From Octopus vulgaris (Eukaryota): a DNA stretch of 64,000 nucleotides. Positions 1 to 13,236 of the stretch are shown piece after piece. The notes under the pieces are model-generated. The model was not told where the DNA came from. It did not search any database and worked only from the letters and a program-made list of their open reading frames with translations. The translations under genes and the position numbers were made by a program. Where the stretch lies: assembly GCA_951406725.2 (NCBI GenBank), contig OX597831.1, forward strand, positions 82,708,001 to 82,772,000, written 5' to 3'. The first letter of the stretch is position 1. Each line of letters starts with the position of its first letter.

Positions 1-212
1 TTTTCCCCTAATAACAGTCTTTCTTTCTTTTTCTGTATTTCTCGAAACGGAAAATAAATTTATATCATTATATGTTTTATTTTTTTTTGTTCGCAATTCT
101 TTGGGTATCTTTATTTTTAGCTTATAAATTTGTCCATGACTAAATCATGTCATTATACATACATATATATATATATATATCATGTATGTATAATGAGATG
201 ATTTAGTCATGG

Positions 213-275
<63 letters not shown>

Positions 276-297
276 CATGTACACACACATCAAATCT

Positions 298-480
298 CCA
301 TCATCATTTCACACATCTGCTTTCCATGCTGATACAAACTGAACGAGTAATCACCTTCTGCATCAGACATATTCCTCTCCGGGAAAATGTCAGAGAACCA
401 TGGCTCACTCATACGTTTCCATTTGTGGCAAGGTTTCTGCAATTGGATACCCTTCCTAACACCAACCGCCAGCTTCCCAA
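298..480 (-). mobile_element. Degenerate copy of the RTE-associated 3' tail module
   Basis: Reverse complement contains GGTTGGTGTTAGGAAGGGTATCCAATTGCAGAAAC and CAGCATGGAAAGCAGATGTG...ATGATGATG, matching the tail at 925-1078. Confidence 0.6.
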
Positions 481-680
481 ACAATGCCAGGTTCTTGGCA
501 TCACCAAAGAATCTTTTGTACGTTATGTAGCTTTTGGTTGTCTGCCAACCACTTTACAAAGTGTAGGGACAGTGATTTCTTGAGGAACCAACATTACTGA
601 GATTGTACTGTATCAGGTTGAAATAGTCTCACTGCCTTATGTTCACTCCCTCACACACACACACGTCTATGTGTGTGTTG

Positions 681-1078
681 CTTTGCTTGAGGAGACCTAC
701 TGAGTCAAGAACATCAACATCAAAATAAATATCAAATGGAAATTTTAGTTGTGATACCTGTGCCGGTGGCACGTAAAAAGCACCGTCCGAACGTGGCTGA
801 TGCCAGTACCGCTTTGACTGGCTTCTGTGCCGATGGCATGTAAAAAGCACCAACCAATCGTGGCCGATGCCAGCCTCCCCTGGCACCTGTGCTGGTGGCA
901 CGTAAAAAGTACCCACTACACTCATGGAGTGGTTGGCGTTAGGAAGGGCATCCAGCTGTAGAAACACTGCCAGATCAGACTGGAGCCTGGTGCAGCCTCC
1001 TGGCTTCCCAGACCCCAGTCGAACCGTCCAACCCGTGCTAGCATGGAAAACGGATGTTAAACGATGATGATGATGATA
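681..1078 (+). mobile_element. 3' UTR/tail fragment of an RTE LINE (or RTE-derived SINE)
   Basis: Three ~65-bp units containing GGTGGCACGTAAAAAGCACC, then GGAGTGGTTGGCGTTAGGAAGGGCATCCAGCTGTAGAAAC...CATGGAAAACGGATGTTAAACGATGATGAT. The same organisation follows the RTE ORF at 3100-3685. Confidence 0.8.
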
Positions 1079-1719
1079 TATATATACACACACACACACA
1101 CACAAAACAACAATGTGTGGTGGCCAAGATGAATGGATTCTGGCAACCAATGGCATACTCAAGGTGGCATTCCTCAGGTGGACAAGTCTGTTCATTGCTA
1201 CAAAGGAGTTAAGGCATTGTGGTGTAAAACATCAAGACAGAAACTGCAGCCAAACGTGCTCTGAAGGTGGATGGGGAGAAGGACGCATCGTCTTGTCAAG
1301 ATCCCCAACAGAAGTAACAAGATTAATGAAATAATTTTGAAGAGATCAAGAAACATCATTGATACACTCCATTGCTTGTTTGGAAGTTAATTAAAGTGTA
1401 AATTAATGAAGCAGGAATTGAGAGAAATTAGTTTAAATAAGAGAATGGTTACCATGGAGATAGTATTGGTTGTTATTTGTGACACATACATACAAGGGTA
1501 CATATGGATCTGGGGTACAACCAGATCTGCAATACATACACATTGCCTAATGAAGAGAATCACTGCTGATGAATGTGGAATTAACCATGATGATGATGAT
1601 GATGATGGTGGTGGTGTGAGTGATAGTTGGTGATACATGTTGATTTGATTGCACAAAAAAACTCACTAATAACAACAACAATAACAACAGCAGTAACAGG
1701 CCCAGAGAGGAACCTTTAA

Positions 1720-1880
1720 AAAGTTAACAAATCTGCTAAAAAAAGCAGCCAGCTCCCCACCCCCCAAACCACACCTTACTGTCTTAAAAGGGACGGTGAC
1801 ATTGAAAAATGTAATCTGAGATGCACAACCAACGCCTGAAGAGAGGACTACTCCATCAGTATTGCCTGGGGCTAAACAAC
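1720..1880 (+). repeat. Old interspersed repeat ending in CTGGGGCTAAACAAC
   Basis: Loosely similar segments at ~28720-28915 (+) and ~63150-63310 (-). Highly diverged. Confidence 0.35.
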
Positions 1881-2517
1881 AAAACAACAGGAAGAGGAGG
1901 ATTTCTTTCTCACACACATCTCATTGGTTACCAACCAGCATTGAACACACGACAGTGAAAGACATCATAACAGCTGCAGTGTCTCCAGATCCAGTGAGCA
2001 ACCTGGCAGAAGAACCATTTGGAAGGTACTTGGAATATTTTAAAGCCACGACTACAACAACAATGATGTGGCAGACAAAAAAATGGAAATTAAAATGGAA
2101 ATATGGGAAAAGAAAGTGGGAAGAATTCTGATCAATTTTCCAATTTATTGAAGTGTTTAGAGGAAGAACAAAGGAATCTGTTTATGGAGATGTAATTATG
2201 TGACTGGGTATACACACATGTGTATATTATTGTATATATACTTATGTGTGTGTATGTGGTGTTTTTGATGTATGAGAACTAACACAATATTTCATTCATG
2301 CCTTTTCATGTCTGTTTTACCATGTTTGCATGGGTTAGATGCATATATCATTGAAGTATTGTTTTACAGCTGGATGCCTTTCCTGCCATTAACCCTCCTT
2401 ACCTATTTTTCAAGTAAATGGTCTCTTGTTCCACACAACATTAAAGGCACAAAGTGAACAGGTGATTTGTTGTGAGGAGAGGACTGACTATCTCAAAATC
2501 ACCGTAACACCACCACC

Positions 2518-3685
2518 ATAGCTTCCAATACCTAGGTACCAAGTCAGTAGTGGGGGTGGGTCTACTGAAAGTGTAGATGCTAGAATAACAATAGCCTGGG
2601 CAAAGTTCAGAGAGCTCTTACCTCTGCTAGTGACAAAGGGCCTCTCACTCAGAGTAAAAGGTAGACCGTATGATGCATGTGTACAAACAGCCATGCTACA
2701 TGGCAGTGAAACATGGGCTGTGACTGCTGAAGACATGCATAAGCTTGCTAAGAATGAAGCCAGTATGATCCGATGGATGTGTAATGTCAGTGTGCATACT
2801 CGACAGAGTGTAAGTACCTTGAGAGAGAAGTTGGACTTAAGAAGCATCAGATGTGGTGTGCAAGAGAGATGACTGAGCTGGTATGGTCATGTGGCGAGAA
2901 TGGATGAGGACAGCTGTGTGAAAAAGTGCCACACCCTAGTGGTTGAGGGAAACCTGTGGAAGAGGTAGACCCAGGAAGACCTGGGGTGAGGTGGTTAAGC
3001 ATGACCTTCAAACATTGGGCCTCACTGAGGCAATGACTAGTGACCGGGACCTTTGGAAATATGCTGTGCTTGAGAAGACCTGGCAAGCCAGGTGAGACCA
3101 TAACCTGTGGCCTATGCCAGGGGTGTAACCAGCCCACTTATGCATACCTTTCCTTCCTTGGACACTAAACTCTGCTTGCTAAGACCTGTTAAGGCAAGTG
3201 AAATCAAAATCAAATTCGATGACTGGCATCCGTGCTAGTGGAGCGCTAAGAGCACCATCCGAGCGTGATCGTTGCTAGAGCAGCTGACTGGCTTTCGTGC
3301 TGGTGGCATGCAAAAAGCAACATTCAAGCGTGATCGTTACCAGCATCGCCTTACTGGCACTTGTGCCGGTGGCACGCGAAAAGATATTCGAGCAATGTCA
3401 TTGCCAGTGCCGCTGGACAGGCTCCTGTGGAGGTGGCATGTAAAAAACACCATTTGAGCATGGCTGTTGCCAGTACCACCTAACTGGCCCTTGTGCCGGT
3501 GGCATGTAAAAGCACCCATTACACTCTTGGAGTGGTTGGCATTAGGAAGGGCATTAGAAACTCTGCCAGATCAGTTTGGAGCCTGGTGCAGCCATCTGAT
3601 TTGCCAGTCCTCAGTCAAATCATCCAACCCATGCCAGCATGGAAAGCAGACATTAAGCGATGATGATGATGATGATGATGATGAT
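2518..3685 (+). mobile_element. 5'-truncated RTE-clade LINE (ORF2 C-terminus, 3' UTR and (GAT)n tail)
   Basis: Translates as ARITIAWAKFRELLPLL...YDACVQTAMLHGSETWAV...SWYGHVARMDEDSCVKK...GRGRPRKTWGEVV, typical RTE C-terminal motifs, with frameshifts. Ends in GAT repeats. Confidence 0.9.
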
Positions 3686-3696
3686 ATATATATATA

Positions 3697-4111
3697 GACA
3701 CAGGAGTGCCTGTGTGGTAAGTAGCTTGTTTACCAACCACATGGTTCCGGGTTCAGTCCCACTGCGTGGCACCTTGGGCAAGTGTCTTTTACTATAGTCT
3801 CAGGGCCGAACCAACGCCTTGTGAGTGGATTTGGTAGACGGAAACTGAAAGAAGCCCGTCGTATATATGTATAAATATATGCGTGTGTGTGTTTGTGTGT
3901 CTGTGTTTGTCCCCCTAACATTGCTTGACAACCGATGCTGGTGTGTTTATGTACCCGTTACTTAGCGGTTCGGCAAAATAGACCGATAGAATAAGTACTG
4001 GGCTTACAAAAGAATAAGTCCCGGGGTCGAGTTGCTCGATTAAAGGCGGTGCTCCAGCATGGCTGCAGTGAAATGACTGAAACAAGTAAAAGAGTAAAAA
4101 GAGTAAAAGAG
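3697..4111 (+). mobile_element. Full-length tRNA-derived SINE (family A; central microsatellite, CR1-like tail)
   Basis: A-box-like TGCCTGTGTGG and B-box-like GGTTCAGTCCC, CCTTGGGCAAGTGTCTT, internal TA/TG repeat, tail GGCGGTGCTCCAGCATGGC...GACTGAAACAAGTAAAAGAG. Several copies in the window. Confidence 0.85.
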
Positions 4112-4189
4112 TATATATATATATATAGCATATTACATATAGTAATAAAGCATATTACTCTACCACTGGTATTTGAGTACTCTTTTTCC

Positions 4190-4862
4190 CAGAAGATACT
4201 GTTTTTAAAGCTTTACCATCAACATATACCACTGGTTGTGAAGAGGGCGAAGAGTTTGGTTTCGGCTGGTGAATAAGTTCAGTTTTCGTTATGCTAATTG
4301 TAAGACCAAAGGCCTTACATGCATCAGAGAAGCTATTGAGGATGTTCTGCATGTCCTCAAGACTATGGGTGACAAGAGCACAGTCATCAGCAAAAAAGGA
4401 GATCAAGAACAGTCTGAATAAAAGTCCGGGTTTTGGCTTTGAACTGCTACTGATCGATACTCAACACCTACACCTTCCGAGGTGTCTTTGAAGGCTGTTT
4501 CAAGCATCACTGAAAAGAAAAGAGCAAATAGGATCGGAGCAAGGACACATCCTTGCTTGGTTCCATTTGACACTTCGAATGGTTCACTTTGTTCGCAGTC
4601 AGACCGTACTGATGCCATCATTCCATGATGAAAGGAGACAATCACGTTCTACATCTTGTCTGGAAAACCAAGCTTCCTCAAAACAGTCCACAGGGCATCC
4701 CTGGAGACGGTATCAAATGCCTTAGTGAGATCAGCAAAGGTAACAAACAAGTCCTTATTCTGTTCCCTTGCTTTCTCTTGTAGTTGCCATAAGCTGAAGA
4801 TCATATCCACAGTGCCTCTTCCAGGCCGGAAACCACATTGGGTTTCTGGGAGCAGAAGACTC
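4190..4862 (-). mobile_element. RTE-BovB-like reverse transcriptase fragment (pseudogenised)
   Basis: LPETQCGFRPGRGTVDMIF, FADLTKAFDTV, GTKQGCVLAPILFALF and FADDCAL RT motifs across three ORF pieces. Confidence 0.92.
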
Positions 4863-4864
4863 AT

Positions 4865-5115
4865 ATCTGATGTCTTCCTTCTAATGCATGGAGATCTTTT
4901 GCAACTGACCTCATGGACTTTATGGGATTGTAATCAATGGTCTGTTGAACTTGTTGGATAAATTCAGGTTTTTTTTATGATTTCAGAGTGTTTAGAATGT
5001 TTTTTATGCTTTGATACTGGTGATATGTTTCCATCTTCAGTCTCTAACTCCTTACAAACTTTGTAGACAAAAGATCTAGCAACTTTTAAAAATCGAGATT
5101 TTTCTAAATTGCTAT
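4865..5115 (-). mobile_element. Tc1/mariner-superfamily transposase N-terminal remnant
   Basis: Manual minus-strand translation gives SRFLKVARSFVYKVCKELE...KHKKHSKHSEIIK/PEFIQQVQQTIDYNPIKSMRSVAKDLH, a paired-HTH-like pattern with one frameshift. Confidence 0.65.
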
Positions 5116-5249
5116 GCAGAAAATACACCTTTTGTGGCAGTTATAATGAAATTGCTTTCTTATATCAGAGTAATAAGGCGTTTCAATAGAATATTTTTAC
5201 CCCCAGGAATTACTGGGTACACCAGCTGGTATATACATATAGAGAGAAA

Positions 5250-5492
5250 AGAAGACATTGATGGTCCTTTGGAGGACATACATCCTCAGCTGCTTGGACT
5301 ACTGCTTGCAACTATGGTCACCAGACACTATAAAATCCATGGCGGAACTTAAAGCAATCCAACAAAGCTACACTAAGAAAATCGTCTCAATGCAACATGT
5401 CAGCTACTGGGAAAGACTGAGGGAATTAAAACTTTTCTCCCTAGAATTAAGGTAGGAAAGATATGCAGTGATATACACCTGGAAAATCTGTG
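5250..5492 (+). mobile_element. CR1-group LINE ORF2 C-terminal fragment
   Basis: LWRTYILSCLDYCLQLWSP...IQQSYTKKI...SYWERLRELKLFSLELR*ERYAVIYTWKI; related to 48174-48700. Confidence 0.8.
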
Positions 5493-5836
5493 TAAGTCAA
5501 ACTTTATAAGTGTATTGGTGTGTTCATTAGTCATTCTCACTGCTGTTTTATGGTCAGATGACCTTCCCAATGCCAAACCTTTTAGATACTTTCACAACAC
5601 CCAGAGAAATGAGACATGTATCACACACACACACGTATCTTTGTGAATAACTGTTTAGAAATATAATACAATAAATATAATAACAAGCACAATTTAAGGC
5701 AGAATTTAATGTGCTTCACCAAAATCTTTTAAATCAGGGATTTTAAAGTTTTTCTCTTACGTGTTCATTGTCACAACAACCATGGTAACATGATGACCAA
5801 ACAGAAAACAGACCAGACATGTGTGTGTGTGTGTGT

Positions 5837-5871
<35 letters not shown>

Positions 5872-6105
5872 AACACTTGTGTACATATATATATACATAT
5901 ACATACAAAGACATACATGTATATACATGTGTGTCTATGTTTATATGCATGCATATCAGTCCAATATAATGGTAAATGTTAAACATGTTTCATGTTTATC
6001 CCATTGTGTAGAGAACTGTTTTATATTTGTGTCAGAGACATGGAGAGGGGAGAGACAGGCTTTGGAAATCTGAGATTATTCCACATATAACAATAGCGAT
6101 ATCAT

Positions 6106-6149
<44 letters not shown>

Positions 6150-6150
<1 letters not shown>

Positions 6151-6185
6151 CATACATACATACATGTAACAATAGTCATCTATAG

Positions 6186-6224
<39 letters not shown>

Positions 6225-6285
6225 CATACATACAAATACATACATGTAACAATAGTCATCTATAGCAATATATATATATATATAT
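6150..6285. repeat. Local tandem duplication embedded in TA/TACA microsatellites
   Basis: ATACATGTAACAATAGTCATCTATAGCAATATATA occurs twice, about 80 bp apart. Confidence 0.8.
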
Positions 6286-7179
6286 ATACACATCTATATA
6301 ATCACAAAATAGTAAAAGGTATATATAAAAAAATATTTGGAAAGGTCAACTTCAATTATTGAATCAGAAATGAAAAAAAAATCAATATTTGGAAATGAAA
6401 TTAGGATTCTTGTGTATTGGTAATAAAAGATGAGGGGTGGGGAGGGGGTATTTCCTGAATATTTCGGCTCGTTAGAATTGTAGTAGATATTGATTAGTTT
6501 ACCTTAATCACAGAAGCAACTTTAGCGTTCCACACAGTGACACAGAGAATGCTTGTTTACCATTGTTCTTTTAGGAAATGTGTCTGAAAAAAGCTATGTT
6601 TGGTAAGTGTGTGTGTGTGGGGGGGTGAGTACTGGAAGAATGAAATGTATTCTTGAAATGCAGTTCAAAGCTACAAAATATAACAACGGTCATATTGGAA
6701 CTAATAATAATAATAATAATAATAATAGTAATAAATCAGTGAAATTTGAACTCATAATGTAAAAACGGGATGAAATGTCACTCTGCATCTTGCCCAGTGT
6801 GCTAACGATTCTGCCAGTTTGACGCCTTAGTAGAATCATAATAATAATAAAAATAATAATGATAATAATAATAATCATAATAATGCTACTACTATAACTT
6901 GCAGTGTATGTAAGAGCCAATGCTGTCATGTTTGTGATTATATTCTTTCTTGACTAAAATAGGCAACCAAGGATGATTGGCTGAACGGTTTCTTCCCCAT
7001 CTCCACATTTTAGAATGTTATATAAAAATTTTGTTAGTTTCTGGTGTAGACACTTTCATTTTGTGCCACAGTCAGTTTTGAGTCTAGTGTTAGCCTGCAG
7101 CCAGTTTTGTCTATCTTGGTCATTTTTTTAACGGGTATTTAATAGCCCCATTTAATGGAGCATTTCATAGCCCCATAAA

Positions 7180-7810
7180 TCATCATCATCATCATCATTT
7201 AACATCTGGCTTCTGTGCTGGCAGGTAAGCCAGAAGGCTGCACCAAGCTCCAGTTGTCTATTTTGGCTTGGTTTCAACAGCAGGATGCCCTTCCTAAAAC
7301 CAACCACTTCACAGAGTGTAGTGAGTGTCTTTTCCATGCCACTTCTAAAGGTGCCTTTTAGGTGTCACTGGCACTGGTCACCACGACCACGACTTCACTT
7401 AGCTTGACATGTCTTCAAGCACGGAAAATCCTCATAAGTCCTGGTCACTTGTCATCGCCTCCATCAGACTCAACAATTAGGCCATATTTCCTCGTCCTCT
7501 GTCTTCCTGGGTCTACCTCTTCCACAGGCTGTTCTCATCCATATATACATCATACGACCATACCAGTGCAGTCTTCTCTTTTGCAAACCATATCTGATGC
7601 CTCTTAAACCCAGCTTTTCTTTTAAGACACTTACACTCTCTCTCCCTCATGTGCACACTGACATTGCACATCCAGGGCAGCATGTTGGATGCATTTCTTT
7701 CAAGCCTTTGCACATCCTCTGCAGTCACAGCCCATGTTTCACTGCCATGTAGCATGGCTATTCACACACAGGCACCATACACTCTGCCTTTCACTCTGAG
7801 GAAGAGACCC
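7180..7810 (-). mobile_element. Degenerate RTE LINE 3' fragment
   Basis: MLHGSETWAVTAEDVQRLERNASNML, homologous to 2630-2872, followed by the GGAAGGGCATCC tail and (GAT)n. Confidence 0.85.
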
Positions 7811-8619
7811 TTGTACCAAAATATATTAGCCATCACACACCACTTCTGATTTGTTCAGTAACATCAGCCAATTCTGCAGAGACTTCAAAATGGTAAGGTT
7901 TTAAAGAACATTACACACACATACATCTCCCTCTTTCTTTCTCATACACACACACATGATGTGCGTGTGTGTAATGGCCAGTTATTCATTGTTTGTTGCT
8001 AGTTATGTAGTTCTTTCTGAAATACCATCCTAGGTGCTCAGCTGGCAGCAGCAATGAAGTTTTAGCTCTCTCTCCCTTAGAAATAACAGATATATGTCTA
8101 TAGCTTGTTACATAATGGTTTGCAGACTCACAAAGACATTTTACAATTGTTTTCAAAACAAACAAAAAAACTTTATCAAACTCTTCATTTCTAATGGCAT
8201 AAACCATATTCCATTCTTTTATCATTAACTTTGAAAATTATCACTTTATCTAAAATGTCATTAATGCCAACCAATCAAGATGATTCCTAACTTGTTATTA
8301 GCTCAACTTCATATTTTAATTTTACACAAATATTCCTTCCTTTTTCCTTTCAATCTCTTCTTCATTTTTTCCTTCTTTTTCTTTTATTGTAACTTCTTCT
8401 TTACCATCTCTTTTTTATTTCACTCTTCTTTTTCCTTCATTATTGTAACCCCACCCCCCGTTCTTATTCTTCATTTTCTCTTCTTTCGTTTCTTCCAGTC
8501 TTTCATTCCTCTCAATCTGTTCATCTTCTACAGATCCAACTGATCAAAACTAACCAGAATCACAATGAATATTGATTCCATTTCTTTTGTTTTGGACACT
8601 TGATAGAATCTAAGAAAGA

Positions 8620-8655
<36 letters not shown>

Positions 8656-8862
8656 GGTTGGAATTGGTTCTCTTACAAGTATTCAGGCACAAATTGGTGA
8701 AGGAGAGAAGATATTTTATATGAGAAACTATTTAGAAATAAATAAGCAACGATTTGAGGGAGAAACATGGTGTCTGGGACGAGAGGATGGAGAATGGAAC
8801 AGAAAGGCGAAGAACAGAGTGACTGCATCAAGCTTGTTAGCAAACAAAACAACAACAAGAGA

Positions 8863-8912
<50 letters not shown>

Positions 8913-9347
8913 TCTGAAACAAAAGAAAATCAAAAGATAATGGCAAGGAGGCTTTTTGGTGTAGATAAGGGAATGTTTAAGAACAGAGATGATTGTTGAT
9001 GTTAAGAGGATATTGAAAAATAGATAAAAGTTATATGAAAGGAAACTGTTGGAGATTATTATTATTATTATTATTATTATTTTAACGATGATGGGAAGAC
9101 AAGAAAAGATGGAGCTTAATGAGAAATTGCTGTCTATCACATTCTTTCTTTTTCTGCCGGAATATCTTCAAAGTATTTCAAAATCTATTTCCTTAGATTT
9201 GCTTCTACAGCTGAGATGGTGGGACTCGCTCAAGGTCTTTCAAAGGTCTTGTGTTTACAGCAAGGAGGAAGAGTGCTTCTATCGAAATTATCTTCTCTTC
9301 CATACAATAACATGTAACAACACAAGAACTTGAATGTAGATATGCTT

Positions 9348-9398
<51 letters not shown>

Positions 9399-9466
9399 TG
9401 TGTATTCATGTGATTTAATGCTATGAAGACATTGCTGAAATGAATGTGATTTTCTAACTCCTGTAT

Positions 9467-9530
<64 letters not shown>

Positions 9531-9746
9531 TGGAAGAGACATACAGAAAGCAGTGTGACCTTAAGCAAGGTTCTTAGATGTACTCGGTCAGCAACCAATA
9601 TATCACAACATAACTAACAAAAGTATCTTTAACATCATATTGAAATATCAAGACAGGTGTTCTGAAAATTAAAGAAAATCATCACTTTTTCACCTGTCTT
9701 GGGATATAAGTGTGTGTGTGTGTGTGTGTGTGTGTGGAGAGAGAGA

Positions 9747-9806
<60 letters not shown>

Positions 9807-9951
9807 AGTGGAATAGTTCTTTTAGACTTGCAGTATTGAAAAAGCCAGCAGTGTTTTGTGGTGTTGTCAATTTTTTTTTATTTTTGTTTTGAGTTCCTTT
9901 CTTTAGAAGAATCCAAGCAAACAAACTCCAAGGAACTCATAGGAAAGTATA

Positions 9952-10070
9952 GGGTGGTGGCGATGGTGGTGGCGATGATGGTGGCGATGATGGTGGCGAT
10001 GATGGTGGCGATGATGGTGGCGATGATGGTGGCGATGATGGTGGCGATGATGGTGGCGATGATGGTGGTG
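9952..10070. repeat. 12-bp minisatellite (GGTGGCGATGAT)n
   Basis: About 9 near-perfect units; source of the spurious MMVA/IIAT ORFs. Confidence 0.9.
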
Positions 10071-10711
10071 GGAGAGAACACAAATAATAAAAAAAAGAAA
10101 TCAATACCTTCTGGAAGAAAATATTTGCCAGAGGGGTAAACAGAAACTTAATGAAGATTAATAATAAGGAGGGTGAAGAATAACGAGAAGGCTTGTGAGG
10201 TTTCCATGTTGGCTGTTGCAGAATAAATGGAGGAAGAAGAAAATGATGGTGGCAAGTATTGTATCAAGAATTGGTCTTAATAAGCAGCCTGAAAGATCAA
10301 TAATTTTTCCTCGTTTACCCTAATTAGAACGAGCAATACTTAATTGTTTGTTTTATTATTATATTAACAATTCATTTAATAAGAAGGTAATTTAGCATGT
10401 ATCAATGAAAGTATATGTGTGGATGTAAGTGTATGTCTAGGTATATGTGTGGACATATGTGTGTGTGTGTGTGTGTATGTATATAAATAGAAGTCTATAT
10501 GTATGTATGAATGTAAACAAAGACATATGTAGGTGTGTGCATCGTTGCATGTCTGCATTTTCTGCATGAGAAAACACTTCCTTTTATGCACATCATTAAA
10601 CCATACTGTCTTTACCTTTGTACACACACACACACATACACACACACACACACGCACACGCACACACACACACACACGCACACACATAGATATTCATGCA
10701 GACACAACAGT

Positions 10712-10855
10712 CGGGTGTGGTTAGGAAGTTTGTTTCCCAACAATGAAGTCTAAGGTTCTGTCTCACTGTGCCTTGAACAAGTGACTTCTATAACCCTTGG
10801 CTAACCAAAGCCTTGTGAATGGATTTTGTAGATGGAAACTGAAAGATGCCTGACC
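10712..10855 (+). mobile_element. SINE family A, 5' half
   Basis: Matches 3700-3860, including AAAGCCTTGTGAATGGATTTTGTAGATGGAAACTGAAAGA. Confidence 0.7.
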
Positions 10856-11113
10856 TAAATACATAAATATATAAGTATATATAAATACACACACACACAT
10901 ATTAATCCTCATTATCATCATTGTCCTCAAAATCACATATATTTTCCATGGTGCCATGGGTAAAACAGTTCAACAGGCTTTTCACAGTTCAGAGGGCTGT
11001 GTCCTAATGTCTCATTTTTGAGATGATTTTTTCGACTGGGTGCCCTTCATAATACCAACTACTTTACATTGTAATATATTTCATATGAAGTAGAAACACT
11101 AGAACAAAGATTA

Positions 11114-12696
11114 CACTGGTCAACTTGGTTATTGCTGTCGGGCATCAGAGACATGTTGCCTAGTACTTTTGGGATGATGGTTCCAAAAATGGAATTATTT
11201 TGCTCGATCACATCAAGATTTCCCACAAACTCAAATGTCCATTTTTCAACATTTATGGTATTGTCAGAATTTCTAAGGATAGATTTAGCCACATCAAATA
11301 CAAACCTATGTATGGAAACAGTTTTTCAATATTGTTTAAAATGATTGAAAACAAAAGTCATGATTTAAGAATCTCCAGTAAATAAAAAGCATCAAGCAAT
11401 TTTATTCATCTAGTTGTTAATAAACAACAAATTTCTATGCTCCTTGACATCATACTTGTTTCATAATATTGGAATTTGTCTGCAGATAAACCCATGCTGT
11501 GATTTAGTGTCACTATCATTGCAAACCAGGAGAGACATGTTATGTTGAACCTTTAATTATTTCTTATGAAAATTAGTATTCTGAATGCACCGTTAATGTT
11601 TTAATTGTGAAGTCACATGGCTCAAGATCACTTTTTGTCAAGCATGGTCAAAGAACCATAGCAAGAACTTCATGGTGTGTATGCTCTTTAATGAAATTCA
11701 GTATCACAAATCGACATTTGCTTACTTCTGGAAATGCTTCTCCCAGGTGACAACTGGTTTGAATGCACCCTGTATTTCAGAAATTTGGCCGGTTGTGTGA
11801 GAAAACAAAAACAGCCCTGATGTCTTCTGCTATATTTGCAGATGTTACACTTTACCTTGACAACAAAACAAAATCACAGATTTTGCAAAGAAAGCTTAGC
11901 GTATTTACTTTGGCATGAAACTGGGTGATGAAGACAAAGCCTGGTCTATCCATAGAGAATGTAAGACATGTGTTAAAACACTGAGACAATTAAGTTTTGC
12001 TGTGTTTGACGGACCACAGATTAAGTGTCTGTTGCAGGATGAGCAGTTTTTGAAGACCATGTTTGATGGTGAAAAAGAAGCATGGAATGTTTTGTTGCAG
12101 TTGTGTCTGATTTCCTCAGAAACAGGAAATCATTAAATTAGGAAGAACTTTTGCAGACCCTGTTAACTAGGTTTTAAGCATGGAATGCAACATGTGTGTA
12201 AAAATGCAATTCCTGCACAATAATCTGAACTGGTTCCCTGAAAATCATCGTGCAATAAGTGATGAGCGAGGTGAAAGATTCCATTAAGATATCAAGACCA
12301 TGGCGACTAGGTATCAAGCCAGGTGGGACACAAAATCTGATGGCTGACCACTGCTGGTCTCTACAAAGAGACAGTCAAGGTGCAAGTTATTTGCATAAAG
12401 CAACAAAGAGCAAGTTCACTCCTTGGGGAGCTGAAACTCCAGTTTGACAAAAATATCCATCCTAAGATAGGTTTGTGTTTGTTTCTTGTTTCAGTATTGC
12501 ATTTAATGGCAAAATTAACATTTTTTAACTAAAAAATGAATTCCTGTTTAAACAAAACACTTGATGCTAAAGAAGAAAATTTCTGAGGGGATTTCTTTAT
12601 CCAGCATCACCGAATTAGGTCAGACTAATCCGAATTAGGTCAGACTAATCGTAAAATGCAAGACAACTAAGAATTTTTCGAAAATGTTTCCCAGTG
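11114..12696 (+). mobile_element. Internally deleted Chapaev3-like DNA transposon
   Basis: Ends CACTGG...CCAGTG flanked by TTA on both sides (11111-11113, 12697-12699). Degenerate transposase at 11800-12430: NSPDVFCYIC, YFGMKLGDEDKAW..H.ECKTC fused to FDGPQIK...EKEAW...MQFLH..L.WFPEN..AISDERGERFH*DI..M..RYQ..W...MADHCWSL.R. Confidence 0.75.
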
Positions 12697-13236
12697 TTAT
12701 CAATAAAATAATAAAAGCAGCTGACAAGACTTATTACTTTGGGACAAACTCTACAACTCTACAATCTTCAGAGATGAAGTTGAAGAAAAAGGAACTTGAG
12801 GTGAAAGAAGAAAACCGAGCAGAGTTTTGAAACCAGGATGTCAGTTTTAGTCTAAATTAAGTGAAAAAGCCAACTCAACAGAAATTATGTTCGAAATTGT
12901 TGCCCAGTTGTTGATAAGAAATGAGGAGGAAATGATGAGGAAGAGGTAACTCCATAATGAAAGCTAATTATCAATAGAACTGATTGCTCACTAATTAATC
13001 TGGAAACTCTGTGTATTTCGACCTTCTCCCACAAATTAATGTTTATATAAATAATTAAGGCAGAGACATGAAAGGTTTTTCTGGCAATGTGGTCAGTGTG
13101 CCAGTTGACCACCAGACCACCACTGATGGCAGATTACTAAGTCAGTGATGAGTTGTTCTGTGTTATCAAGCTGCTTGTGTGTGAATGGGATTTAACCTGG
13201 ATGTGTGTTTATGTCAGAGCATGTGTGTGTATGTGT

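Noticed and set aside
3697-3770. tRNA genes at SINE heads (also 13237, 19170-19239, 45853)
   Set aside because: A/B boxes are present but there is no complete cloverleaf, and each continues into a SINE body.
9645-9707. Hairpin CAAGACAGGTG/CACCTGTCTTG as a pre-miRNA
   Set aside because: Only 11-16 bp of stem with a 31-nt poorly paired loop, and no match to conserved miRNAs I recognise.
11059-11292. Protein-like minus-strand ORF (AKSILRNSDNTINVEKWTFEF...) with a plausible acceptor
   Set aside because: It overlaps the left terminus and subterminal repeat of the Chapaev3-like element, so it is more likely a chance ORF than a host exon.
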